Below, piece after piece: positions 50,959 to 64,000 of a stretch of 64,000 bases of DNA. The position numbers and the translations under genes are program-made. The first letter of the stretch is position 1, and every line of letters begins with the position of its first letter. The stretch is from Octopus sinensis. Taxonomy: Eukaryota. The notes beneath the pieces were generated by a model. That model worked only from the letters and a program-made list of their open reading frames with translations, did no database searches and was not told the DNA's origin. The stretch is taken from positions 95,604,001-95,668,000 of the forward strand of contig NC_043002.1 in NCBI RefSeq assembly GCF_006345805.1, given 5' to 3'.

Positions 50959-51425
50959 CATCATCATCATCATCATCGTTTAACGTCCGCTTTCCATGCT
51001 AGCATGGGTTGGACAGTTCAACTGGGGTCTGGCAAGCCCGAAGGCTACACCAGGCCAGTCAGATCTGGCAGTGTTTCTACAGCTGGATGCCCTTCCTAAC
51101 GCCAACCACTCCGAGAGTGTAGTGGGTGATTTTATGTGCCACCGACACAGGTGCCAGACGAGGCTGGCAGACGGCCACGCTCGGATGGTGTTTTTTATGT
51201 GCCACCGACACAGGTGCCAGACGAGGCTGGCAGACGGCCACGCTTGGATATGGTGTTTTCAGTGTTTTTCTTATGTGCCACCGACACAGGTGCCAGACGA
51301 GGCTGGCGGACGGCTACGATCGGATGGTGTTTGTTATGTGCCCACGGCACGGAGGCCAGTCGATGCGGTACTGGCTACGGTCCCGTTCGGATGGTTTTCT
51401 TATGTGCCACCGGCACTGGTACCAC
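50959..51425 (-). mobile_element. SINE family 2 with ~4-5 internal ~62-bp tandem repeats
   Basis: Repeated ATGTGCCACCGACACAGGTGCCAGACGAGGCTGGC; (ATC)n tail at the left. Confidence 0.8.
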
Positions 51426-51527
51426 AAGGATACAAATTTCATTGATGTTCATCTATTTTGATTTGGTTTGACTTGATTCGATTTGACTTTGAATTCTTAC
51501 ATATTAATATATATATATATATATATA

Positions 51528-52233
51528 TAGGGTAGCACATGAAAAAGTACCCCAGATTCCGTAGTATAGTGTAAATACAGAAATGAATTTTACAAATGCT
51601 GGAAAGGATGTCGCTCACCATTAGCAAGGCTATGCAGAAACCATGTGCTGTAGTATTCTTGTTTGCTTTTGTCATCCACTTTTAATTGCTGTACACATGT
51701 GAGATGATATTTGCTTCAACTTTAAACTTTTCAACACCCTTTGGCATGACTTCCTGTTTATGTAAGTCTACTGCACCAATTTACATGTAGACTTCTTTGG
51801 ACTTCAAGTAATCTTTTGGTGGATGTTCTGAATAACTTCTGGCATTCAAAAATGTAGGATCTCATTGTTTTGGAGCATTGTACACCACTTCTTAACCAAC
51901 ATTTATATCATTCTCTTTGCCGATAAGCCTTTGCCCAATAACTTCACTACAAAAATTTCACATCTTTGCTTAACCGAACTCCTTCTGTCATATGCTCTCT
52001 TTCCGCTATTGAGTACATCATCTTGCAGAAATGGCTACAGATGTTCATTGAATGTGGTGAGGATGCAGTGAAGGTAATGTAACAAACAGTCAATTAGTAC
52101 ACTTTTTTTTGTTCAGCATTTACAAGCGGTCAAAATTGCACAATGACACCCACAAATGAAAGGCTAGGTACTTTTTCCTGAACAAATAGATTTTAACATT
52201 TGCACTACGGCTATTTTTCTGTGTGCCACCCTG
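51528..52233. mobile_element. Non-autonomous Tc1/mariner derivative (~700 bp)
   Basis: TIRs (T/C)AGGGT(A/G)GCACA..GAAAAA with TA flanks. Confidence 0.7.
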
Positions 52234-52479
52234 TATGTGTGTGTGTGTGTGTTTGTGTGTGTGAGAGGAGATGCTGAAAACATCCTGGCTTTGGGTAAAA
52301 TGAAAATACTGGAGGGTCAGTTTATTATGATTTCATTCAACATATTTCCCTCTCAGATTCGCAAATTTAGTGCAGTAGTCCTTCAGTTTTTCTAAGCCCT
52401 GTAAAAGAACTCAGAAGGTTAGTCCTCCAACCAGGCCTTTTGCAATACCCTTGAAGCCAGTAACTTTTCATCAACTCCT

Positions 52480-52571
<92 letters not shown>

Positions 52572-53241
52572 ATATATATGTGGTGTGTGTGTGTGTGTGT
52601 GTGTGTGGAGGTGCAGCGGACTCGCAGTCGTAGGATCGCAGTTTCGATTCCCAGATCAGGCATTGTGAGTGTTTATTGAACGAAAACACCTAAAGCTATA
52701 CAAGGCTCCGGCAGGAGGTGGTGGCAATCCCTGCTGTACTCTTTCGCCACAACCTTCTCTCACTCTTTCTTCTGTTGGCCTGCTTGCTTAGCCAGCGGGG
52801 TGGCGTCGTTTGAAGGCTAAAACAATGCGAAGCGCATTGTGACCAGCGATGTGTAGCAACATCTGATAGCCTGGTCGGTCACGGTGATATATATATATAT
52901 ATATATATCTGTAAATATAATATATGACAATTATTTGGTAGCCATGATAAAACTCCAAGTTTTGGATGTCAGGGCGGAAACCCACACAGCCATCTCTTCA
53001 GTTATCGGGCCATCGAAATATATATATATGTGTGCCAGATCAGACTGGGCCTGATGCAGCCTTCTGGCTTCACAGACCCCAGTTGAACCGTCCAACCCAT
53101 GCTAGCATGGAATGCAAACACTAAATGATGATGATGATGATGATGATGATGATATATATAAATATATATATACGTTTAAATATTTGTTGTGCAAGATTTT
53201 TATTGGCTAAACTGGCAATATGACCATTCCGAAATATAACA

Positions 53242-53279
<38 letters not shown>

Positions 53280-53479
53280 TATTAAGAAAATGGAGGGGAT
53301 CAATAGGTGGTATTCATCAACTTTTCGACATTATATTATGTCAATTTATTTATTTATTTACTAAAATGACAATTACAACAATATACATACATGTATAACA
53401 TATGCTTTATATATATAATATATAAAGATAGCATAACGTAACAGTGTACAACCACTCTATCGCTCCACCACCGCTCATG

Positions 53480-53775
53480 TCTCTTTGAGACATTTAGAAA
53501 TTCAATATTTCTAATTACGGTGACCAGTGAATAGATTTCACTGTAAATATATATATTTGCACATGTAAATATATAATTTTTGCTACCCTGGACTGATGAC
53601 GGGCAAGACCCAGAAACATGCATGTCTTCAGGTGCTAATCCTAGCTGGCGGGGGTGCTTGCCTCCCCTTTGCAAATATAAGGACACAGGAAATGTGTCAA
53701 AGCCGACAGGAAGCGTCAATGCTTCCTAGGGCTAAATAGCAGTGGTGTGATTCCCTTTATGGGACTGTCACATTA
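53480..53775 (+). mobile_element. ORF-less PLE pLTR/retrozyme-like unit (family C)
   Basis: Hammerhead followed by CCCTTTGCAAAT, GGACACAG..TGTGTC and GGGCTAAA motifs shared with families A and B. Confidence 0.7.
53587..53632 (+). ncRNA. Type I hammerhead (family C)
   Basis: cctgga-CTGATGA-cGGG(caaga)CCCa-GAA-ACATGCATGT-C-ttcagg. Confidence 0.8.
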
Positions 53776-54519
53776 TGTTGACAGTATACAACCATTCTCT
53801 CTCTCTCTCACTCTTCCTCCTTGACTCTCTCATTGCTCACACATGACCAACGGCTATCTATCTTTCTTTCTTCCACTACCTTCCTAAAGACAAGACATAT
53901 TTTGGCCTGTTTCTTCTCAAAGCTCGTTTTTCCAGCATTCACCACTTCACATCGTCTTGGCTTAACAGCCCTCACCATTTGTTTTTACTGTTTTGTTCTT
54001 ACTGTCCTATTTTTGTTACCAGTTTAAATCGCCACAAAAAAAGTCCCAAATTTTATTTAATTTGCTTTGTGGGAAGGACTGTTTTAACAAAGTCGCGTTT
54101 TGTCCCTACCTTCGAAATGCAGAGTAGATAAAACAAGGAATAACTGAGGAAGGGAATGTTCTTATGTTGCCTGTCTTGTTTCTCTATTTGATTCTTTAGT
54201 TTTTCGGAAAATGTTCGTTTTCTGTGTTTTTGTTTTTTATGTTCTTGCTTCTCATTTTGTTCACATTCTTTTGATGTCCTGTACACATATATGCATATAT
54301 ATATATTATATTAAATTAGAGATAAAACCACTATTAGGCAAATCAAACAGTGAAAAACATAAGCCGATACATAAAATTAATTTAAAAATATAAAAGTTTA
54401 AAAAATTATTTAAATAATTTAAACTTATAAATTTAATATATATATACAAATATATATATGTATGTATGTATATTTTTATTTTTATATATTATTTTATTTA
54501 TTAATTTATTTATTTTTTA

Positions 54520-54583
<64 letters not shown>

Positions 54584-54612
54584 TGTATATATGCATATAT
54601 TTATATATTATT

Positions 54613-54676
<64 letters not shown>

Positions 54677-54898
54677 GATATGTATGTATATATATATGCA
54701 CACCATCATCAACAACTTTATCATCCTTTCATTCCCTTTTTTCATGTTGCCAACACTTTCACCACCTCTTATAATGCACAGGTTATACTTACCTATTCTG
54801 AATCAAACCAGGGTAAACAATATTCACAATATCATAATATTATTATGAAACTGATATACATGTGTATATATAATTCATCTATTTCTTTCACTCACTCA

Positions 54899-54966
<68 letters not shown>

Positions 54967-55092
54967 CACTTGTAAACATATGGAATAAATATTTTTTGTG
55001 TCTCACTTCTACTGAATTAATTATACATACATTTATGTACTATTATGTTTATATAAGTGTATAAAAAATTTACATATATATCTATTTGTCAG

Positions 55093-55148
<56 letters not shown>

Positions 55149-56995
55149 AACACATATACATATATACACACACACATATATACTCACACACCACACACAT
55201 ATGCACACACACACACACACACATACATACGTACATACATACATACATACATACATACATACATACATACATACATACATACATACATACATACATACAC
55301 ATATACATACACACCTGTCCACTCAGAGAATTACTTCCATTCTTATTCCTGTCATTTCATTATTCTGAATTAATCTATAAACCATCTTACTTTATTTACA
55401 TTAATATTTTTCTGTATGCATTGGATTGGATTTGTTTGAAGTTAGTTGTTCTCTTGTCCATAGAAAGAAGTGGTGTGTCCCACCAGGGAAAGTTATCTCA
55501 GATCAGCAAGAAAAAAACAGATGAAAATATTAGTACAGTTAACAAATAAGGTGTGTTTTGGAATCCTCAATTTGCAATCATAGCATTTTTTTAATTTTTA
55601 TTTTCTAAATATATAAATATATTTTGGATTTTATATATTTATTTGGTTGTTCAATTATATATTCTGTTCATATTTCTTTAAAAAAAAATTATGTATTAAT
55701 TTGTTTATAGACTTTTTTTTTGTATCAGATGATGAATTGTTCATACAGAACTATTGTTTTTGCAGATATCAAGATATTAATTGAAAGAAAGTATGTTTGA
55801 GTGGAAGAAAGAAAAGGGGAAGGAGCGTGAATGTGACAGAGTGTACATATGTGTGTGTTTTTTTATACACATGCGAGTGTGTGCATTCATATCTATGTTT
55901 TGGTGGTTTTTGAGGGTATTTTTTGTTTTAATATTTCTCCCTTGCATTGACTTTCTTGTATCTCTTTTCTGCGACTTAGTGTAGAAGGAGCATCATTTTT
56001 GCCTTAGGGCTTCCAAAAACTTTCGCTGAATCAAGATTAAAACTTGTTGATATCATAAAAGGAAATTGTGAAGATTAGAAGGATGGCGATGCATCTGTAT
56101 GAGAGAATATCATTATGGAAGATTATGAAGATAAGATGGAGTCATAGAAACTGTGCATTGTAAAGTACAAGGTTGATTCAGAAACAAGTGAAAAGTTATT
56201 TCAATTATTTTCTTATAGGTACAGCCATAGCTGCATGGTTAAGAAGCTTGCTTTGCAATCATGTCACTTCAGGTTCAGTCCCACTGTACAACACTTTGGG
56301 CAAGTGTCTTTTATTATAACCCTGGGTTGATCAATGTCTTGTGAGTAAATTTGGCAGCTGGAAACTGTGTAGAAGCCCATCATGTATGTGTGTGTGTGTA
56401 TTTGTGAACATGTATGTGTGTGTGTATTTCGGTACATATATATGTGTCCTTTTATTTTTGTTCTCTACCATCACTTGACAACCTGTCAACCATGCCAACA
56501 TAGAGTAGATGCTGCTAAAGGTACCCAAGATATCAGGAAGGGGTGTTAAATCAGATGATGGGCTAAGATTACCAGCACTAGTGTAGCTAGAGGTGGGGAT
56601 GCAGTCCATTCCAGGTAACACATTTATTGGGGCAGCACTGCTGTAGGCAATATGTATTTTTTGTTGGGGCCCAGGGGCAGCACACACTCCAGCTATGCTA
56701 GTGACTTCCAGCCAAGAGACCATGATGAAATTTGAACTTAGATTGCAAAGAGCTAAAACAAATATTGCATATCACCTGTCTGGCATTCTTATAGTTCCAC
56801 CAATCCATTACACATGGCTGTGTGGTTAAGAAGCTTGCTTTGCAATCATGTGGTTTCAGGTTCAGTCCCACTGTACAACACTTTGAACAAGTGTCTTTTA
56901 CTATAGCCCTGGGCTGATCAATGACTTGTGAGTGAATTTGGAAGCTACAAACTATGTAGAAATCCATCATGTGTGTGTGTATTTGTGTGCATGTA

Positions 56996-58275
56996 TCAGG
57001 TCATCCCATAAGTTCTGTCCGATTTTACCTTTTTTAAAATTGAATGAAATTTAATAGTATTTTAGAATGTCTAATGGAATTAAAAATTATTTTTATGCCT
57101 TTGTGTACATTTAAAATAATTAAATATTATTTTACAGAATAATAGAATTAAAATTTCTTTGATCAAAACCCTTTCTAACATGGAAGTATCCAAAGAGCAT
57201 TTAAGGCACATAATGCTTTATGAGTACAAAAAAGGAAACTCTGCTGCTGAAGCGACTCAAAAGCAACTCAAAACATACACTCAGTTTATGGGAAAGAATG
57301 CTTGAATGAAAGAACTTGCAGAAGATGGTTTGCAAAATTCAGAAGTGGAGATTTCAGCTTTGAAGATGAAGATCAAACAGGATGTCCAGTCGAGTTTGAT
57401 GATAAGCTCCTTGAGGCATTACTTGAAGAAAATCCTGCATTATCAGTTGAAGGATTGGCAATAAAGCTTAGTTCAAACCATACAACTGTTCATCGTCATC
57501 TTCAACAACTTGGAAAGGCTCCTAAACTTGGAAAATGGGTGCCTCGTGAATTGCCACAAATCCTGAGTTGATAGCTACTCTTCTCTCCATTCTCGCAAAC
57601 TCATTTCCCCCTTTTTGGATAGACTTGTGACTGGTGGCGAAAAATGGATCTTCTATCAAAATGTTAAACATCATAAACAGTGGCTTGGTAAAAGAGAAAA
57701 AGCTCAACCACAACCGAGAAGGGCACTTCATGGAAAAAGGTTCTTCCCTCTATCTGGTGGGATTGCAAAGGAGTAATTCACTTTGAATTGTTACCACCTA
57801 ATGCAACAATTAATGCTCAAGTCTACTGTCAGCAATTAGAGCATTTGAAGCAAGCTTTGAAGAAAAAAAGATCCACTTTAGTGAATCAAAAAGGAGTGAT
57901 GTTTCATCAGGACAATGCATGACCCCACACTGCAAATATCATATCACAGAAGATCAAAGAGCTCAGTTGAGAAAAATTTCCTCATCCACCTTATTCTCCC
58001 AAACTTGCTCCTTCAGACTATCATTTGTTTTTTAGTTTACAGAATCATTTGGGGGACATAACTTTTGCAAGCCAGGAGGTCGAAACTGACATTTCAGAGT
58101 TTTTCGTTTTGAAACCAAAAGAGTTTTACATTGATGGGATTAAAAAGCGTGTAAATAGATGAAAGTCAAAGATAATCAGGGAGAGTACATTGATGATTAA
58201 ATTTCAATTAAATATAACATTTGATCACTTGTTTTCTTTATTCAAAATTCAGACAGAACTTATGGGATGACCTAA
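56996..58275 (+). mobile_element. Full-length decayed mariner (D,D34D) transposon, 1280 bp, inserted into a SINE family 1 microsatellite
   Basis: TA|TCAGGTCATCCCATAAGTTCTGTC ... GACAGAACTTATGGGATGACCTAA|TA; MEVSKEHLRH, WFAKFRSGDF, GKWVPREL, TGGEKW, HQDNA*PH, HPPYSPKLAPSDYHLF; stops and frameshifts. Confidence 0.95.
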
Positions 58276-59639
58276 TATATGTGTGTGTGTATTTGTGCAC
58301 ATGTATGTGTGTGTCCTTTTTTGCTTTCCACCATCACTTCACAAACAGTGTTGGTTTGTTTATGTTCCTGTAACTTAGCGGTCTGACAAAAGAGACAACT
58401 GGATAAGTACTAGGCTTAAAAATAAATACTGAAGTTTGGTTTGTTTAACTAAACCCTTCAAAGCAGTATACCACCATAGCCACAGTCCAGCAACTAAAGC
58501 AAATAAAAGACACATATAGAATAAATAAGTTTCTCTTTTTATTTTTTGGTTTTGTTTTTTAGCCATTTTGTCCTTTAGTCAAGAGAAGTGGCAATGCTCA
58601 TAACTCTTTATGTTTGCACCCACCACCACATGTCGCTTTGCAAAAGCCCTTTGTGGACTAGTGGGAAAGAGGAAGGAAAGTATATTCAAAGTGAAGACCC
58701 ATTCTGAATACTTGCAAAAGAGTAGACTCTACTAAAGGTACCCAAGATATCAGGTAGGGGTGTTAAATCAGATGATGGATTAAGACTACCAGCACTAGCA
58801 TAGCTAGAGGTGGGTGGAGAGGGCTGTCCACTCTGGTCAGCACTTTTACAGAGGCAGCACCACTTTTGGGTCTGCTGTAGGTAATATGTAATGTTTGCGA
58901 GGGCTTGGGGGCAGCACAATCTAGCTACACTAGTGACTAACAGCCAAGAAGGCCATGGTGGAATTTGAACTCAGAATGCAAAGAGCTAAAACAAATATTG
59001 CATATCACCTGTTTGGCATTCTTACAGTTCCACTAATCTATTACCTTGGATTGATACATATTTTATATACCCCAAAAGGATGAAAGACAAAGTTAGCCTT
59101 TCATATGTGCATTTAGTCTGCATATAACTCACCTGAGGTTTCTTCCTTAGGCTATGGTCTTGTTATTTTTTCTGGAAACCAGAACAAATTAATGGTAAGA
59201 TATTTCTCTTTAATTACCTTCACCTTAGCTAAAGTATCCAGACTTAAAGTTAATAACTGAAAAGCAAAAGAAAAGCAAAAATAAAGTAAAACTACTCTCA
59301 AATTTCTAAGTTATATGATATACACAAAAATTTAAGTGGCTTTGTAACTGAGTTGTTAAGAGTAGCAGAATCAACTGGTCATTTTCTGTTTGTCATTGTG
59401 ATAAGGATATACATATGTATAAGGAGATACATAAATATATGCATGCATGCATACTGCAATAGAAAGTGTTGATTATGCCATAATAATATAGAAAACATTA
59501 CTCATATCATCAGCAACTGCCCCACCTATTTTATTTTTCTTACTACTACTCTGTACTTGACTGACACTTCATTCAGAAACATATTTATGTTGAGTTGTAC
59601 ACAAGGTTCTTGATATCACAATGCCTAAGGTTATACTTA

Positions 59640-59870
59640 TATATATATATATTTCTTTATTGCCCACAAGGAGCTAAACATAGACAAAGGGACAAAGGGA
59701 TTAAGTCGATTACATCGCCCCCAGTGCGTAACTGGTACTTTATTTATCAACCCCGAAAGGGTGAAAGGCAAAGCCGACCTCGGTGGAACTTGAACTCAGA
59801 ACGTAACGGCAGACGAAATACCGCTAAGCATTTCGCCCAGCACGCTAATGTTTCTGTCAGCTCACCACCT
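59640..59870 (-). mobile_element. SINE family 3
   Basis: Matches 25133-25357 and 37996-38253. Confidence 0.8.
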
Positions 59871-59880
59871 TTATATATAT

Positions 59881-60385
59881 ATATATTATATTATATTAAA
59901 TTAAAGATAAAACCACTATTAGGCAAATCAAACAATGAAAAACTTAAGCCAATACATAAAATTAATTAATTTATATTATTTTAAATATATATCAAAATTA
60001 TTAAAAGTTTAATAAAAGATAATGAGTAAAACACTACGATCGTTTCATGGCTGTCCAATTCTTAATAATTCGAGTTATGGTTACAGTCAATCTTTAGGTG
60101 ATTGACTGTAACCATAACTCGAATTATTAAGAATTGGACAGCCATGAAACGATTGTAGTGTTTTACTCATTATCTTTTATTAAACTTTTAATAATTTTGA
60201 TATATATTTAAAATAATATAAATTAATTAATTTTATGTATTGGCTTAAGTTTTTCATTGTTTGATTTGCCTAATAGTGGTTTTATCTCTAATTTAATATA
60301 ATATAATATTTTACTATAAAATTGGATTCAATCCTAAATCTGATTTTTCCCTGTAAGTTTGGATTTATTCCCTAATATTTTATTA
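59881..60385. mobile_element. Head-to-head PLE termini (family D) forming a ~210-bp-arm palindrome with a 9-bp spacer
   Basis: Arms 59881-60090 and 60100-60305; each holds the 3' half of a hammerhead (GAA-ACGAT[C/T]GT-A); (TA)n at both outer ends. Confidence 0.85.
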
Positions 60386-60829
60386 TATATATATATATAT
60401 ATAAATAAAAATTAAAGCTCCTTCTTGAGTTATACCAACTCATAAAGGCTGGTTTCCCATTTTCCATGGCATATCGATTCTCCACCTGGATAGGATGCCA
60501 GTCCATTGTGGGATTACTCATTTTTGTCTGCTGGGTGGGAGCAACATGAAATGATGTGTTTTGCTCAAGAACACAACGAGCCACCTGGTCCAGGAATCAA
60601 AACCACAATCTTGCTAATATGAGCCCAATACCCTCACTACTAAGTCACATGCTTCCACACATGCACGCACACACACACATGCACATATATACAGGGTAGT
60701 CCAAAAGTCACAGATGGGTCTAACAGTTTAATGAATTTGTTTTAATTACATTTTTTTTATTTGTAATACCCAAAATGTGACTCTTCACTCCTAATGTACA
60801 TATATTTCCTGTATGTGTATATATATATA

Positions 60830-61225
60830 TCTTTATATATAAAAGTGAAGTTGTGTGTCTGTCTCCTACGATTTAGATTCCTAACTACTCCCACATTTTG
60901 CGGTGCAGTGTAACCAAAAGCGGGTATCTTATAGTCGTGATTCATATCGAGCCCTTCTGGGTATTAGCGCACGTCTACGATGAGTCTACGATTTAAAAAA
61001 AATTTACCATAATTTTTTCCTATTTTTAATGCATTTTTTTGCTATTATATAAGGGAAGTAACTCTCTAAAAATTTATTATTAAATCTCAGAACGTAAAAA
61101 GCTACAGTAACACCCCCCCCTTTGTGGTTAGCCATATTGAGATGGCTATTATACTTTATATCTCTAAAAATGCTTATATAGTTATTTCCCTTACAAATCC
61201 GAGCAACGCCAGGCAATACTGCTAG
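60830..61225 (+). mobile_element. Non-autonomous Helitron, same family as 22862-23259, with a different internal segment
   Basis: A|TCTTTATATAT ... CCGAGCAACGCCAGG hairpin ... CTAG|T. Confidence 0.85.
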
Positions 61226-61779
61226 TATATATATATATATATACACTGTATGTGGTGCTAAGTTATCATAAATTTAAAACAGCATAAATGAATTATTAAC
61301 ATCTATGTGACTTTTGGGTCACCGTGATTATATTTTTATATACACACACACACTCACACACACACACAATGGGCTTCCACACAGTTTCTGTCTACCAAAT
61401 TCACTCACAAGGCATTGGTCGGTCCAGGGCTGGGCTATTGTAGAAGACTCAAGGTGCTGTTTTGTGGAGCTGAACCCAAAGCCATGTGAGTGTAAAACAA
61501 GCTTCTTAACCCCATAGCCATGCCTAACACCATTCCCAAATAAAACAAATCCACTGAGTGTGTGTTAGGCTGGAAATCTAAATTTTCTAGGTTCTGTCCA
61601 AGATTTTGGCACGTTAATAAGATTTTGCTTTTATTCTTGAAATTTTTACTGATGAAAGATAATAGAAGTGGAGGCTTTGGTCACATATGTACATATCGCC
61701 ACATAATGATCATTATAAGATGTAAAATTTATGTGATCAATGTCAGCAGTTGGCAATATTTTTACATCTGAGAAGGCAT

Positions 61780-61985
61780 TTCACTTGATGTATTTTACAA
61801 TACATACTTACCATATATATACCAGTATATACTTCACAATGTTTTCCCTCAACATATATTACAATATTTCACTTGACATATTTCATAGTACTTACATAAC
61901 ATATTTCTTAGTATATACTTCACTCAACATATTTCAAAGTACATAGTTCCTTGATATATTTCATTCTACTTCATTGAAATATAAA
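61780..61985. repeat. Degenerate minisatellite (ATATTTCA/TACTTCAC-based units)
   Basis: Recurrent CATATTTC..., ATACTTCAC...; period irregular. Confidence 0.5.
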
Positions 61986-64000
61986 TGTTCTGTAGAGATG
62001 GAAAGTTTTTTTTTACTTGAGAAACCTTTGAAAACTAAATGCAACAGAAAATTATCTTGAGACCATAACTATGACAAACAGGCAGAGAAAGTAAGTTTTA
62101 TTCAATATTTTCATGTAGTTTGACAATTGAAGATATACAATCTTAGTTGCCTGCCTGCCTGCATTTTTTATCAACATAAAATAAGCATAATCTCTTAGAT
62201 GCAACCTCAGCTATGGAAATGGCATTTTACCATGCAAACCTACAAAGAATATTATGCCGAATATTTTGATTAAAGGGATTTGGTTAACCCATTGCTTGTC
62301 CAAAGCTTTTTTCATAAGTTTGTCCTAAACATCCATGTTTGTTTGCAGACTCTTAGTTAGCCCTTGTTTTATGCATTCTGAGTAATATAAAGCTTTTCTT
62401 TCTTAAGTCCTGAATTATTCTGGTGACTGGAGAAAAAAAATTGGCAATGTATATTACATATGATGCATAAACGCCAGGGAAATATGGCTTGTGTATCACA
62501 GACAAAGAGTTAAATGTTGACATAAAACGAAGCATGATAATTTATTTTTCTTTGATATAAGATCATTGTTGTAATAAAACTCAAAAGTTAACTCAATGAA
62601 TTGGAAGATGATATAATTTGATGACAGGAAAATTAAGTTAAGCAAAACAAGATCGTCGTTTTTAATGATTTGGTGTATGTAATATAATCTGCAGGAACAA
62701 TGTAGGCTACATTATAGCTAAACTGCTATTACTAATATGTAGCTGATTTAATCAAGAGTACTACATATATTTTATATAAAAATTGTTAGAAATATTATAC
62801 ATGTTTCATCAGGAAAAATATTAAACAGAAACTATAATTATGTTTAAGAATCAGAGCTCAAAAAATAAAACCCTTTACTTATAATACATTGAATATTACT
62901 TAGCAAAAAATAGGGTACACATAAAGATGAAATCTTGAAAATAAGACACAGCGGTTGGAGTATATTAAAGATATTAAAGCTATATTCTAGCATTCAAAGA
63001 TCTGGAATTTTTGAGATTATATAGATTGGCTTTGCTTGCTGCTGAAAGTTTGTGATAGCATTGGGCTTAATTATTAAGTAACAATACCAAGAAGCAGTTC
63101 TAAAGTATTATTTTCACATAAAGCTTCCTACCATAATAGCCATTACTGTAAGTAATAATATACTAAAATGTTTCCCTTATTCGAGGTTTCTACTTGTAAG
63201 TTGATCGATACAAAATCAGTTCAGCTTCATGTGATCTAATTTGTTTTTAACACTTCCCAAAGTAATGTTTGTTCTCCCACAAGGAGATCTAACACTTCAA
63301 AAACAATCAAATGATTCTTTTAGCCAATAACAAAGGCTGATTATGGAGTGATTTGTCTTTCTGCCTAGCAGTCTGAAGAAACTACAGGAAATTGAAAGCT
63401 GCAGCTTTCTGGCTACAATCTTGAAATCTTGCCAGTTTTATATGGCTGACTTAATTTGGCATCTCTAACACTTTGTATTTCTTCTTAGTAATATTTTTTC
63501 TTCGTTTGCCTGTCTTTGCATTTGACCACATCTTGAAGTCTTTGTACAAAACGGTTCCCTAAAACTAGATATTACATTTAAAAGTTTTCAGACAACAGTT
63601 CACACATTACTTTTGTGACTCAATTGTCAGCAGTAGCCTGCAGTTTCACTCTCTGTAATTTACAGCCAAACCACTTAATTACTTTGCATCTCAGTATGGT
63701 TAAAATGTCTCAGAGGTATTTTGTTCTCACTCTCTGCATCCTGAGTTCAAATCCCACTGACTTCAGTTCTGCTACTCTACTTTTCATTCTTTCAAAGTCT
63801 ATTAAAAAAAAAAAAAAGCACCCATCCAGGGTGTTTGATTGATGGATCTGTTATAGGTACTTTGTGGTACCTGTTCTGAATCATTGCATTCTGACATTGA
63901 TGCTAAACTATATGAGCCCAGATTCATGGACTTCCCTTTTTGATCACTGGTTCTTAACTTTTTTTTCGTAGCTCCCCTTCTTAAGTAGTTCTAATGCCTA

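Noticed and set aside
51135-51420. Regularly spaced ~62-bp repeats resembling a CRISPR array (also 24414-24570, 47824-48260)
   Set aside because: Whole units repeat with no unique spacers; they are internal to a SINE or MITE; eukaryotic context with no cas genes
52985-53022. Hammerhead halves (CTGAAGAGATGGC on minus, GCCATCGAAATA on plus)
   Set aside because: The halves are on opposite strands, so no ribozyme can form; at best a rearranged PLE junction
61990-63570. Exon-like segments near the window end on both strands
   Set aside because: All frames are interrupted and no motif is recognised

Overview
AT-rich, repeat-saturated eukaryotic DNA with no intact protein-coding gene that I can identify. 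The tRNA-headed SINE families and microsatellite load resemble octopus/coleoid cephalopod DNA (inference from SINE look-alikes, not a database search). Almost all ORFs in the supplied track are microsatellite or antisense artefacts. Supported content: (i) four SINE families in many copies; (ii) decayed R4/Dong-type RLE LINE fragments (2.9-5.9 kb); (iii) Penelope-like elements (PLEs): a tandemly duplicated Neptune-type GIY-YIG fragment (10.1-13.8 kb) and a second RT+GIY-YIG family (38.5-39.1, 43.9-45.4 kb); (iv) DNA transposons: one full-length decayed mariner, DD37D/Tc1 derivatives, Tc2-like, piggyBac-like and Merlin-like MITEs, non-autonomous Helitrons; (v) a 5S rRNA copy fused to a SINE tail. 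The main hidden signal is about 17 minimal type I hammerhead ribozyme motifs from about 8 sequence families. All but one family have a different, perfectly self-complementary stem III. They include an ORF-less head-to-head tandem array of ~353-nt hammerhead-bearing monomers at 18.05-19.78 kb that looks like a non-LTR retrozyme (circular-RNA-derived). These units are repeatedly anchored in (TA)n, and several families share a covarying multi-hairpin domain downstream of the ribozyme. All structures were read by eye; none has been folded computationally or assayed.
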